Part shown: positions 1 to 11,248 of the stretch, in pieces
Position numbering within the stretch: position 1 is the stretch's first letter
How the letters are laid out: the number at the start of each line of letters is the position of its first letter
DNA from: Craspedostauros australis
Taxonomy: Eukaryota
Length of the DNA: 33,258 bases
Direction: 5' to 3'
NCBI GenBank assembly: GCA_030167865.1
Contig: JALAGF010003018.1
Coordinates: forward strand, 1-33,258
Translations under genes and position numbers: made by a program
Notes under the pieces: model-generated
Told to the model about the DNA's origin: nothing
Database searches by the model: none
What the model saw: only the letters and a program-made list of their open reading frames with translations

Positions 1-171
1 GCTAGTACTGATTCTACGCGTTCTACGTGCGAATTTTTGTACTGGTCCTACGTACGTCTTCAACGGTGGAAGAGTCACGGGACTATCTGGACACTATGCA
101 ATGCTGACAGCAGCAAAGGGATTCGACTGCACCCGCACATGCGTGAGGCTCACTTGTTACTCCTGCATGCG

Positions 172-583
172 GATGGTGTATTGATATTCCTGCTGCATCT
201 CTTTCCCCTCTTCTGACATACTTACACCTGCTCATTTCATGCCATTACTCTTGGGGGTTTCAATGGAGCTGGCCTGGGTGGCAGCATGGAAGGCAGTATC
301 CAGAGCATGCCTGTTCCTGTTGGATCGTGCACTCCATGATACTCCAGAGAGAGGACTGCTCTCTGGCCAAACCACCCAGGTTCAACCTTGTGTTTTACTC
401 CAAATAATATAATATAGTAGTATATTCTAGAATAGAAGGGAGTGAGCAGTGCATATTCCTGTGTTAGGCACAGCCCAGCAAGCCCAATCTCAAGGAGTAC
501 GTATGGGCTCCAGAGAGCCTCGTAATACTCTATTCATCATATGTACTCCTCCTTTCCCCTTGGAGTCATATTATAATACTTCA
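172..583. mobile_element. Possible degenerate repeat/transposon relic (CpG-depleted island), perhaps ending in a short LTR-like segment
   Basis: I count only about 3 CpG in about 410 nt, against several per 60 nt in the genes. A purine run (AGAAGGGAG, 434-442) is followed by TGA at 443, and a TCA ends at 583, resembling PPT + TG...CA. No TSD, second LTR or pol motif found. Confidence 0.25.
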
Positions 584-1738
584 TTTGCATATTCGCCCGC
601 TTGGGTTGTTGGGAATGTTGCAACACCTGCGCGCAATGTGAAACGGCCTTGCAGTTACTCTACTTCTATTGCTTGCAGATAGGTATGTACGTGTTGGGTA
701 CTCAATTCTGAGTCTGCCTGCATAGTAGTACCAATACTCGTACGACACAAGCTGTGTGCCATTCGCGTCGCAGTCACGCAAGACCAACCGCAACTTCAAC
801 CTGCAATTATTGCCCGGATCGGACAACACAGAAGTGTTCCATCCGCTTCTTGATACGAACAAGATGCGGCACTGCACGCAATTTCACAGATATCACGATC
901 AAGATATCGAATGTTGCTGTTGGAAAACTCCTTTGTTGCGTGCATTGTTGGTATCTTCGCAATGCGATAACTTCTCGGTAGAGTATTGATATCTCATTGT
1001 GCGTACGCTGACGTGTGCGTGCACTACACACAAAATTGCGCATTGGAAAAGTCGACATCGTGTCTTTGGTGCCTCGCAAACGTGAACGCAACTGCGCACA
1101 AAAAAGTAGCCAGAGGGGAAGAGAGAGAAATTGCGTGGGAGGAACGAATTTGCGGGTACAAAAAGGCGTAGAAGGTCGAAGAGGTTTGGCGCGTATTGGC
1201 GTGTCCCAACCCAACAAGAGAGAGAGAAGAGCGAGTGCGGGGTGGAGAAAACAGCCGCATTGCGCAGATAGCGTAGACGAGAACGCAAGCGAGAGAAACA
1301 GAACACAACAAGGATCTCGTTCTGTTGCCCTCTGCGGGTTGGGAAGTGAACACACTCCAGCAGAGCCAAGAGGAGAGACCAACACCGCCAGAGCTGATCG
1401 ACAACCGCGAGGCACAGGAGATAGAAGACAAACAAAAGAGAAGCAGAACAACGCAACTGCATCTTCGCAAACATAATAACTTTTTGCGTTGTTGCATCGC
1501 TGGTCGGATTGCATTCTGCTTCTGCTTCTGCGATACGTACCTGCATGTCGAGTACTCGCACGAGCTACTCCCACACTTGCTCACATCAAGCAATTACGTA
1601 CGCCAGCGCGAACATCTGCCCGTACTGTCGCTCACTCACTTACTCTATCCGATTCCATTCCATCGCATTCTGTTTGAAGGAAGTTCGAACAGGTTGGGGA
1701 GGATCGGAGAAGATTGGTAACAAGGGGATGTGGTTGCG

Positions 1739-4700
1739 ATGATGTCTGCTGAAGAAGGAGAGGCCTCGTTGACTGCGGGTGACGGCCCGGTTCCCATTGC
1801 AACGCCTGTGTCACCACGATCACCTCCACCACCACCAGAGATAGAAACAGCGACATCACGCGATTCCCATGCTTCGGATCCCCGCCCAAACGCAGCCGCG
1901 CCAAGAGCATCGCCCAAGACGTCTCACACCTCAGATTCGCCCCACAGGCGCGGAACCAGAACGCCAACAGCAGCGAAGCCGGACGGGGGCAGCGCAAGGA
2001 CGGGAACACGAACGGGGTCCAGTAATACGAGTAGGCGGGCGGATGCTCAAAGAGCGGGAAACAACAACAACAATCGAACCGGAAAGGGTGAAAGCAATTC
2101 CACTCGACCGACAACATCCCCACGTTCGACCAGGCCATCTGCTCATCGATCACCGACATCAGCGTCGGCAGCGACATCGATGTCCACATCAATATCGATG
2201 CCAATGCCATTATCATCACCTCCATTGACCATGACAGCATCGGCCGGAGAATCAAACACCACCCACATCGAGCCTACTCATCCTCCTGGTGCAAGCGGTG
2301 ACAGATCCCCGAAGATTCCAAGGTCACCGCGACCGTTGCGGTCACCCCGCAACACCAATCGACGGAGCATGACGTCAACATCGAGTTCTCAAAACAGAGA
2401 CAAGGACGGGATGCTGTCGCCCCGGTCGGGCAGGAAGTCACAATCGACGCCTCATGCTTCATCTAAGCTCAGGTCACCAAAGTCCAGACCCAAGTCAAAA
2501 GTATCCGCTGACGCAGGCAGTAGAGCAAAAGACAGAGGCAAAGATCAGGCTAAGCGTTGGCACACGAGCAAAAATGAAGACATGGACAACACCAAAGACG
2601 AGGGCAAGGAGAAGGGCCAAGGAACAGTTACAAACAGCAGCAAAGGCAAAAACAAAGACAAGGACAGCCGCACGGACAAGAACACAACGAAAGACAGAAG
2701 GGCAGCCAACACTAGCAACAACAACAGCAACAGTAACAGCAACAGTAACAACAACCGTACCGGCAGGAACACCAAGGGCACCGACAGCGATGGCACCAAC
2801 AGCTGTAGCACCAGCACAACATCATCATCCGAACACAACGGAAGCAAGAGCGGCAGCGGCGCTGTCTCCCGCCGTCCACTGAAGGGGTTCCGTGGTGGTA
2901 AGAAATGGAACATCATGGAGGACACCCCTGGAGGGCATGCCGAGAAGATGGTGCTTGTGGTGGCAATTGAGTTTGACGATGACGACGACGACGACGATGA
3001 TGATGAAGAGAGAGAAGACGTCGCCGTCGATGGTAACGTTGATGTCACTGATGGTGTCGATGGCAGTGCTAGCGAAGACCCTGGGGAGGACGACCCCAGT
3101 GTGGCAGATAACACGAGTGACCCACCGTCATTGGATGAGGACTCAGACATCCAAGATGACACGCACCATATCTCGCAGGCAGGGAGCCATCTGCATGACT
3201 CACAGTCACTTTCCGATCAGCAGAGAACACGATCAAGAACCTTCTCGATGCCTTCGGACCCCGTGGATATCTCCACACTGCACGACAAGCTCTCCCGTCG
3301 GAGCTCCAACCAGGATCGATTTTCTGCATCCTTCATCAACAGCGACATGTGGACAACCGACGATGACACCACTCTCGAACGATCGAAGAAACCGCAGCGC
3401 ACATTAAGTGGCGACGTTTCTATCCTCACCGATTCGGATTTGACGGGCAGCATCCGCTTCAAACAATCAGGGGTTACGGAGTCATTACCATCATCCTCAT
3501 CTTCTTCTTCTTCGCCGAAGATACAGTTCGGGGGCGCTCTTGACAACCACTCATCCGTCGAACGCACAAGGACGCCTACCACCACGAGACGATCCGGCAG
3601 CCGAAACAGATCAAACGCGCAGGATCTTGTCAACCATTTCTCTATTGACATTCATGGCGGCGCCCACGACAGCATTGTCAACGGTGACGACGACGACGAT
3701 AGCAACAATTATGACACCCTCATCAAGGACCATTCCAAGCCCAGTGGGAGAAGGACCGGTGAGAGACTATCGCCACGTTCCAACAGAAGGTCGCCCAACG
3801 CCTCATCGCCGAGGAGGAAGACTTATTCACCCAGAAACCGTAACGCTGACAGCATCGACAACGACGACGAAATCAACAGGCATCGCGAGCAAATAATCAC
3901 CTTGGATGCCACGTTTGTTCCACCTCGAAGAAAAGGTCTGAGGTCCGCCAAGCCACGACGTCAGCCTGATCGCGAACATGCACGTCACAACCATCATCAG
4001 CAAGAACAACAGCATCCGCAACAACAGCATCCGGATGGCTTCCCAAATACCCCCGTGCCGGAGATCGAGATGGTGAGATCGAATCACCGTTCCCCGCTGT
4101 CATCATCCTTGACATTGACTCCCAACTCAAGGTCGATGATGTCATCCAGCAGGCAGCACAGCAGACAGCGGCTGAAGAACAGCTGCCACCTCGATGACTA
4201 CATCATCCAGGAGGAGAATGATCCGTACGCGCATGACGACGCCTCATCCATGGACGGTTACACCTTGGGCGCGTCCACGATCACCACCAACTTCTCAATG
4301 GCCCAACGCACGATCGGCGAAAACACCGTGTCCACCAGATCGCTGTTTTCGCCATCCGAAAAGCTTCGTGTGTCCGAAACGCCGCAGATTCCCCGTCGAA
4401 GGAATGATGACGACGATGACGAACATCATCATTGGGAGGCACACATCGACCATGGAGAGCATGTTGCGTTTGGCAACAAACCAAGCAGCGCGGGGCAGAG
4501 CAACAGCAACAGACACCCCGCATCGAACACTGACACCGCTGACATGGCTATTGGTCCCCGCATGGTGCTGCGAAAGCCATCCGTTGACAGCAGCGATTCC
4601 TTCGAAAAATCCATCATGTTGGATCCAACGACCAAGGGACATGCCACTGTTGTTGGCGATGCCCACGTTGCCATCGGTGATGACGTATCGGAGGCAAGTT

Positions 4701-5074
4701 CTGTGGATTCCACTCAGCTCAGAGAGCGCAGCAATATCGGACAACATGGCAACGACAATGAAGGAGCGGCTGCAGGTCACCAGAAAGGCCTCATGAAAGT
4801 CAATGCGTATCCTGATAGCATGCGCATTGACACCACTGCCACAGCTGGCAGCAAACAGTACCAGTCGCAGAAACAGCAACAGCAGCGGTCCGCGAAGCTT
4901 CCCAGCGAAGATCCGTTCGATGGTATGAAGACCGATGATTTCGATAGTGTTTCGGATGACTTGTACTGCAAGAAACCGCATCGTGCGCCCCACAAGTTGC
5001 GCATCTTTCCATGGAGGAACAAGAAGAGCGACGTTGTGCCTTTAGAAGACGATGGTAGCTCTGAATTATCCTAG
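1739..5074 (+). CDS. Hypothetical intrinsically disordered protein (about 1111 aa), S/T/R/P/D-rich with poly-D, NS repeats and about 12 SP[K/R] motifs
   Basis: 3.3-kb uninterrupted ORF (track start GTG 1730; first ATG 1739), trinucleotide-type low-complexity tracts in frame, TAG stop followed by AT-richer sequence. No recognisable folded domain. Confidence 0.8.
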   Translation: MMSAEEGEASLTAGDGPVPIATPVSPRSPPPPPEIETATSRDSHASDPRPNAAAPRASPKTSHTSDSPHRRGTRTPTAAKPDGGSARTGTRTGSSNTSRRADAQRAGNNNNNRTGKGESNSTRPTTSPRSTRPSAHRSPTSASAATSMSTSISMPMPLSSPPLTMTASAGESNTTHIEPTHPPGASGDRSPKIPRSPRPLRSPRNTNRRSMTSTSSSQNRDKDGMLSPRSGRKSQSTPHASSKLRSPKSRPKSKVSADAGSRAKDRGKDQAKRWHTSKNEDMDNTKDEGKEKGQGTVTNSSKGKNKDKDSRTDKNTTKDRRAANTSNNNSNSNSNSNNNRTGRNTKGTDSDGTNSCSTSTTSSSEHNGSKSGSGAVSRRPLKGFRGGKKWNIMEDTPGGHAEKMVLVVAIEFDDDDDDDDDDEEREDVAVDGNVDVTDGVDGSASEDPGEDDPSVADNTSDPPSLDEDSDIQDDTHHISQAGSHLHDSQSLSDQQRTRSRTFSMPSDPVDISTLHDKLSRRSSNQDRFSASFINSDMWTTDDDTTLERSKKPQRTLSGDVSILTDSDLTGSIRFKQSGVTESLPSSSSSSSSPKIQFGGALDNHSSVERTRTPTTTRRSGSRNRSNAQDLVNHFSIDIHGGAHDSIVNGDDDDDSNNYDTLIKDHSKPSGRRTGERLSPRSNRRSPNASSPRRKTYSPRNRNADSIDNDDEINRHREQIITLDATFVPPRRKGLRSAKPRRQPDREHARHNHHQQEQQHPQQQHPDGFPNTPVPEIEMVRSNHRSPLSSSLTLTPNSRSMMSSSRQHSRQRLKNSCHLDDYIIQEENDPYAHDDASSMDGYTLGASTITTNFSMAQRTIGENTVSTRSLFSPSEKLRVSETPQIPRRRNDDDDDEHHHWEAHIDHGEHVAFGNKPSSAGQSNSNRHPASNTDTADMAIGPRMVLRKPSVDSSDSFEKSIMLDPTTKGHATVVGDAHVAIGDDVSEASSVDSTQLRERSNIGQHGNDNEGAAAGHQKGLMKVNAYPDSMRIDTTATAGSKQYQSQKQQQQRSAKLPSEDPFDGMKTDDFDSVSDDLYCKKPHRAPHKLRIFPWRNKKSDVVPLEDDGSSELS

Positions 5075-5210
5075 AGTATGTATGAGTAGAGTAATGCATT
5101 AATCGAGCATGGTAGCATTTTTGAAGAGGAAGCAAAGGTACGTATGCTAAGAGGATTGCGCTCTGTGACAAGGGCAATTCACTTGATGAGAGCAGACTAA
5201 AGTGGTCTGT

Positions 5211-7625
5211 TCAAAGTCGATTCGGTCTTGGGTTTTGCCATCGCTTGCGCGTTGGGAGGACGTCGGTCGCTGCGTCGTATTGCGGCATGTCCACGAATGT
5301 TGGTGCACAGAAGAGGTGCCTTGCCTTCTGAACTATGGGTTGTTGCTGTTGCTGTGGCGGAACGTTCATGTTGTCTATGATAGCCCAATTGGCCGCATCA
5401 TGATGTTCCACCTGGGTGACGTGATCTTGGACCTCCGGCTGCGCATGAGTCTGTTCGATGCGAACGAATTCTTGATGTTCTATACTCGGAGATGGCTCGA
5501 CCTCGGCCGTGTCCGCATGATCTGGAATCGCAGAAGGTGTCGCTGCTTGTGGTGGTGGTGATACATGGTCCTCATTTTCGATTCTAGGCGCTTCCTTGAC
5601 AACATGCTGTTGCTGCTGCTGCTCTGCCGAAGGCACATCAAAACCACCATCGTTGGTGGCTTCCTCGCGACTGCTCGCACCAGCCAAGTGGATGGGGGCT
5701 TCTGGTGCGAACTCGTGCGCTTGAGTTGTTGGCGGGACCGTTGCTGCTGGTGGTGATGGTTGTTGCGGTTGTTCGAATGGTGCCCCGTGATTGTGAGGGA
5801 CATCAGCAGGTGCAGGCTGTGCCGGTTTGGACGGTGGCTTCAAATGTGCATTGCCAGCCCGCGGGAACATGGGAGCAGCGGCCGGAAAGGCATCGTTGTT
5901 CCGTGGGGCATCCCGAGGGCTATCGCGGTTGTATAACTTGAACTCTCCCTGTTGCGACTGCTGCGGTTGCTGATTCGGATTGTTGGTGGGTTTCACACCA
6001 TAGATCGCTTCATCGTCCTCTGGCATTGCCACGGACTTGGAAAGGCGGCTCCATCCAGATCGAACAAAGCCACCGAGGATGGACGTTGGCCGCGCGGGGG
6101 CATTCCGCCCCGGCGGAGCACCTTGGGGTGGCATTGGATGTGATGGGTTGGGTGGTTGATTGCCAGCGCGCGGTGGACCAAAGTTGAATCGATTGGCCTG
6201 TTGATATTGTTGCTGCTGTTGCTGCTGCTGTGCCGCGTAGGCAAGAGCTTCAGCTTCGGCTTCGCGTACGATGTTGGAATCCGGGAGGAGGTTGGAAAGC
6301 GTTTTCACACCACCCTTGACCAAAGCGATCTTCTGCTTGAGATTGACGACGGAGCCCATCTCTTGCAACGCCGATTTCATGCCTTCCGCAGATTGGTTGA
6401 ACAGGCGCCCTGAGCGCTCCACGAAGGCATCGCGGAACATGTCGGCAGGAGCATTCTGCTGCGCGTACATGTTGCTGTCCTCCATCATCGATGGCATGTC
6501 CATCTCTTCCAGGAATGTTGCCGCCTTCGAAAGTACAGCCACCCAATCCGACTGTGGGATCATGCACTGCACCGTGTGGACTCGGTACTCGATAGTTGCG
6601 GCCCCATGGTTTGGATTGGGCTGGAAGACGATCGACGATTTGACCTCAGCGAGATCGAAACGGCTGCCATCGTCGCTGGGCAACGAGAGCTTGAGGACGC
6701 AGAGGCAATCGACGGTGTCCTCCTGTGGGGTTTCATTGAAGTGGACCGTGAAACGACACCACTCCGCGATGCAGGTCGCCAGGTACTGTGGACGGATGAG
6801 CAGATCGGGCCCAGTGAGAACCTGCAGCAGATCCGCCAACAAGGACTGGTTGGCGCATCTGGAGATGAGGCGGTCATCGGAGAGCAGCGAAACAACTTGC
6901 GACTTGTCGGTCTCAACGTGGCCGTACGGGAGGACGACGTGATAGTCCATGCGAGGGACTTCCTTGTTCCGGGTGTACTCGGCCAGCTTCTCTCGCTGCC
7001 CATAGTAGTGCACGAGCTCTGCCGCCTTCTCCGGTGTGTTGTACTCGAATTCGAGCACAGCATTGATCGATGGGATGATGTGCGACAAAGATCCCACGTA
7101 TCTGACCAGTTGATCCACCAGCTGCTGGTGCCTGTGAGACGTGACGTGCGCCATCATCGGGGCTGGTGCTTGATGATGATGATGATTGTTGTTATGGAAC
7201 TGTGAAGGCGGCGCGGGAGCATTAGCAGCTGCGGAAACATCGCTTGCGTCGCCGATTCCGCCATTGTCAGGGGCATCGTCATCGTCATTGTCAAAGTCGA
7301 AGTTGTCCTCGTCGCCCCAGCCATCATTGGCAATGGGGGATGCGGGGACATCGTCGTCGATGTCGTCGATCTCGCTGCGATTGACATTGGTGTGAGCCAT
7401 TCCTGTCCCTACCTGACCAATCTCATCGATCTCGTCGCCGAAATCCAGGTCATCGTCGTCACCCCAACCCTCATCTCCGCCACCGATGCCAATGTCCTGT
7501 TCGTTCGCCAATGCCTCGGCCTTTGGTTCCTGGATCTCGTTCATCTCGTTCGCTTCGAAGTCCAGATCATCACCATCATCGCCGAAGTCCAGATCGTCGT
7601 CATCCCATCCATCACCTGCCGACAT
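5211..7625 (-). CDS. Hypothetical protein (804 aa): acidic N-terminus with GW(G)DDD..[LF]DF repeats, central globular region, Q/P-rich tail, C-terminal TRKRWQNP motif
   Basis: Long ORF with ATG in an aacaATG context. Central aa ~175-460 has a globular hydrophobic pattern. Convergent with the previous gene across a 136-nt gap. Confidence 0.85.
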   Translation of the reverse strand: MSAGDGWDDDDLDFGDDGDDLDFEANEMNEIQEPKAEALANEQDIGIGGGDEGWGDDDDLDFGDEIDEIGQVGTGMAHTNVNRSEIDDIDDDVPASPIANDGWGDEDNFDFDNDDDDAPDNGGIGDASDVSAAANAPAPPSQFHNNNHHHHQAPAPMMAHVTSHRHQQLVDQLVRYVGSLSHIIPSINAVLEFEYNTPEKAAELVHYYGQREKLAEYTRNKEVPRMDYHVVLPYGHVETDKSQVVSLLSDDRLISRCANQSLLADLLQVLTGPDLLIRPQYLATCIAEWCRFTVHFNETPQEDTVDCLCVLKLSLPSDDGSRFDLAEVKSSIVFQPNPNHGAATIEYRVHTVQCMIPQSDWVAVLSKAATFLEEMDMPSMMEDSNMYAQQNAPADMFRDAFVERSGRLFNQSAEGMKSALQEMGSVVNLKQKIALVKGGVKTLSNLLPDSNIVREAEAEALAYAAQQQQQQQQYQQANRFNFGPPRAGNQPPNPSHPMPPQGAPPGRNAPARPTSILGGFVRSGWSRLSKSVAMPEDDEAIYGVKPTNNPNQQPQQSQQGEFKLYNRDSPRDAPRNNDAFPAAAPMFPRAGNAHLKPPSKPAQPAPADVPHNHGAPFEQPQQPSPPAATVPPTTQAHEFAPEAPIHLAGASSREEATNDGGFDVPSAEQQQQQHVVKEAPRIENEDHVSPPPQAATPSAIPDHADTAEVEPSPSIEHQEFVRIEQTHAQPEVQDHVTQVEHHDAANWAIIDNMNVPPQQQQQPIVQKARHLFCAPTFVDMPQYDAATDVLPTRKRWQNPRPNRL

Positions 7626-10495
7626 TGTTTCACTCAGAGTGTAATCGAGTAGAGTATGACTTTATCCCTTGAGTATGTGCCTACTGCCTTGCTTGGTTCC
7701 TTGCCTTGGTGGTTCGATCGTTTGGTTGTGCTCTCTTGGTGGAGGGTCTCCTTTTGTCGTTTGCGGCGATCGTGCAGAGTGTGCCAATTGTGACCGTTGT
7801 CGTATTTGTGACGGTTGTGGTTTGTTTGTCAATTTCCAGTTCTTCTTTTCGGCAAAATGACGATTTTTATGAAAGACTAAACATGTACTAATATGACACA
7901 ATCGGATGAGTCCAACATCCACAAGTCCAGTTTCTCAAAGGGTTATTTTGAATATTGCTTATTTCACCACAGCTCCGAAAAGAAACAACAACAACGCTCC
8001 AAGCTGAAGAAATGAAGTGGTTGGTTGGGCAACCGAAAACGGCAGATCGGATGCTTGTGCAGTGCAATGCAGCATGAACTACACATACACCAATGCGGAA
8101 GCACCGATGAATTGAACACAGCGGATAGCAACAGCAATGCGCCTCTCTCCCTCGCAAGCAGCAAAGGTCGATACTTGCATCATGGATCCATCCGCCTTGT
8201 GTCGGCCATCGATCGACTAAATTCCAGTGAACATCACACCCTCCTTCGGCTCATCATCAAATTGATCGACATTCTTTGGCACAGGTGGTTGGCGGCGTTT
8301 GCAGTTGTGCTGTGTTATACAGCGTCTCCTGCAGAGGTATGTCAACAATTATCAACTCTTTGACATGGCATCGCAAATGAAGGATTTCAGTCATTCGTTA
8401 TCTTGGTACGACATGGCTTGGGAGTATTGGATTGGTATGAGTATCAAGGCATGATCTGCTTCCAATTGCAAGTGATCTCGAAGAGGCAATGTGCTGGGCA
8501 TGTTTCCTACTCAGATCAGGTGGAATTCAGGAGTACCGCCCGAGCTATCGCAAAACTACTGTTTCATTGCCTTCCCCTTCCCTTTCTCCTGCGTCCTCTC
8601 CATTCATCTTTTGATTGCATCTTCATTTTGCGCTTCTCAAGCTCAATCCAACTCGCTCCTCATCATCATGTGCCATGCCATCGTGAGGCATGGCATGGTA
8701 CAACTTTGCGTGCACACCCAATGGAAAGATGTCGATGGCAAAGGAGTTTGAGTTTCATCGTCTTGTCCTCTCACCCACCTTGGTCAACAAAATGGAGTTC
8801 ATGTCGATGGAAAGTATGCTGGACGTGCCGAAGCCATCCCCACTCCATCTCTCTCATGGCCTCGTACTCGACCGTCTTCCTTCAAGAGGACAGAAAGCAC
8901 CAATGGGAAAGATCGTTGCAACATAATAGTTGGATTTTAGGTAGTTCTGTGTGTGTTGTAGAGAGTCCTGATTGGACTGAAGCAGTTCTGCTTTTCTTGC
9001 TGCTGGGTTGTGCCCGTTGACTTAGGCGAATGAAAGAAAGAGGGCGAAGTTGTTATTGATTGAGCGTGGTGGAAGGGAATCTTTGTGATGTTGGTTTTCT
9101 TCTTGTCTTGTTGCACAAGGAATCAAAGTTGCAACCCGGACCGACTTCAAGAGAAAATCGTGTGACGTCGGGGTGTACAAAAGGAACGTAGGCTAAAAGG
9201 AAATGTGTTTGTTTGTGAAAGTATTTGGTTGTAATGTGAAAGCTTTGCAATTTTATGACTATTGATAGATCATCTGAATGAATGGGAGCAGAATGAACAG
9301 TATGAATGGCAATGTTGTACACACATTCACCATGAAAAACCCACATGACTTCAGGATGTTCAGATGATCGATCGTGCCTGTTTTGACACGTTGTTTCGTG
9401 CAATACATCGCCCACTGGTGTGTTCTTCCATGCCTGTCCACTCATGCCAAGATCAGAGGTCTTGGGCGATCTTTGTTTGATGTCGCAGGCATGCAATTGG
9501 AAGGAGATGTATCCTGGCCTTCCTGCATGGAGGACGAAGATCACGTTTGGAAGTCTTGGTTTGATTCCCACGCTAACACAATTGTGATGTTGATGGTCAG
9601 TTTTCGTCCGTGCAAAACACAAGACTGCACAGGAGGTATCAAGCATGACAAATTGGACCCCTTTGATTAAATCTTTAAGGTGTCCCAATAGTACCTGCGG
9701 GAGGCCAATAATTCTAACCAGAATCTTTTGGTCTTCGTCATTACTTTCGTGTTGCAGTTTCGTGTGACGGGTGTGACGTTGGTGGAGAAGGCAGAAAGAG
9801 AAGCGAACGCATACGGTTCAGATTCGGTGTGACCAAACTGGGTTATGAGCCTTGATGCAAATGAGTGTCGAATAATACAAAACGTCTTCTACGTCACATT
9901 GTCATCATCATTGCACATCCTTCCTCCGTTCGTTTGCGACGACACGTGCACTTCTCATCATTGTGTGGCGACGCTTGAATTTGCAATCAAAACGTGGGAA
10001 TGATAGCCCGCCACGCAAACACCTCACCGACATGTGACAATCTGCAAGAAGAAGGACAAGCGAACAACGAACCACACACAACGACCAGCAATTCCAGAGA
10101 CGACAACGCCCACCAACCAGGAAAGCCTGGACGGATGAGGGCGAACGTGTGACGACCAACCGAATCCAAACCAACCATTCATTGTCCGTCAACAGCGACA
10201 ACAACAACAATCTCAAAACGTACTTGCAAAAACTTCTGCAGGAACCACATCTCCAAACTCACAAATTCCGAAGTGTCGACAACGTTGTTGATCAAACCCA
10301 AACATCAAACTTCAACAACCACCGACGCTGGAAACCAGAAGCACATCGCCATCGTTTGCGTCACCATCGAAGTCCAAACTGCTTTGTTCATTGATCCTCT
10401 CGTTATCGTTGCAACCATCCGCATCGTTCTCGCTCAGGACAAGTCATCACACACACCAAGATTTCCACCGAAAGAACAATCACAACAACGGCAAC

Positions 10496-10687
10496 ATGAT
10501 CCGCCAGCTCGCCCGCAGCAGCGGCACCACCCCAGCGGCTTTGCGCGCACGATCGACGCGCATGTTCATGTCCACGCAATCCGGAGATGATGCCGCCAAG
10601 CCAACGGCAGTTGCCAAATTGCATCTCGAGGACGGTACAACCCTCGTGGGAAAGTCATTCGGATGTCACGAGAGTGTGGAGGGTGAG
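10496..10687 (+). CDS. CPS: Carbamoyl-phosphate synthetase exon 1 (mitochondrial transit peptide + start of small-subunit domain)
   Basis: caacATG, then MIRQLARSSGTTPAALRARSTRMFMST (Arg/Ser/Thr-rich, no acidic residues), then AKLHLEDGTTLVGKSFG..VEGE, the CarA N-terminal signature. Ends GAG|GTATGT, phase 0. Confidence 0.92.
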
Positions 10688-11248
10688 GTATGTCCCGATA
10701 CTGAAACAGTCCGATTGATTATCACCATCGTCGCTGCTGCCATTGCTCTGCCACATCACAACGATTATCATCGCAACGATGACGATCTGCGCGGCTGGCT
10801 GCTTTTGAGTTCCTTGTGCCTGCACTTTTCTCGTGCGTCACTCTCGTCGTGTCATTGCGGCACGGTGCCTTGCGAGGGCCATGTATCGAAGAATTCCATC
10901 CGCTGTGGTGCGGTCATTCGAATAAGAGCACACAAGGAATGCTCGCATCGCCAAAACCTGACACGAATGTGGTGAACAGCAATGGGAATTCGATGCCCTG
11001 CCGCACGAGCATCATATCGCGGGCAGATGTGACGGAACAATTACACCGCTGACCACCGATGACGGCAACCGGCCGATTCTTGGATCCATCGGCAGTGTCG
11101 AGGATTCAATGCACTGCACCTTCCTTTGCGCACATGACTCTCACGCCATTTTGAATCCTTCGTCAAAATCGTCGCCATCTTCGTCGCCATCCCCATCGTG
11201 TCATCAACAATATTATCATGACCACTGCTATTACCGTCGTGATTTCAG
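10688..11248 (+). other. CPS intron 1 (561 nt, GT-AG, phase 0)
   Basis: GTATGT...TTTCAG. Splicing joins VEGE to VVFATGMVGYPESLTDPSY, restoring the conserved GEVVF.TGM.GY.E.LTDPSY motif. Confidence 0.92.

Noticed and set aside
756-1720. Cluster of overlapping 60-255 aa ORFs on both strands
   Set aside because: Translations reflect GA/CA-rich low-complexity promoter or UTR sequence; no motifs or coding-like codon bias.
9841-9851. GGTTATGAGCC, similar to a copia half-tRNA(iMet) primer-binding site
   Set aside because: Not preceded by an LTR CA end and no gag/pol follows; compatible with chance.
10000-10152. Upstream ORF before CPS, considered as an arginine-attenuator-like uORF
   Set aside because: No resemblance to the fungal AAP. 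It ends about 340 nt upstream and may precede the TSS; the intervening leader has no ATG.
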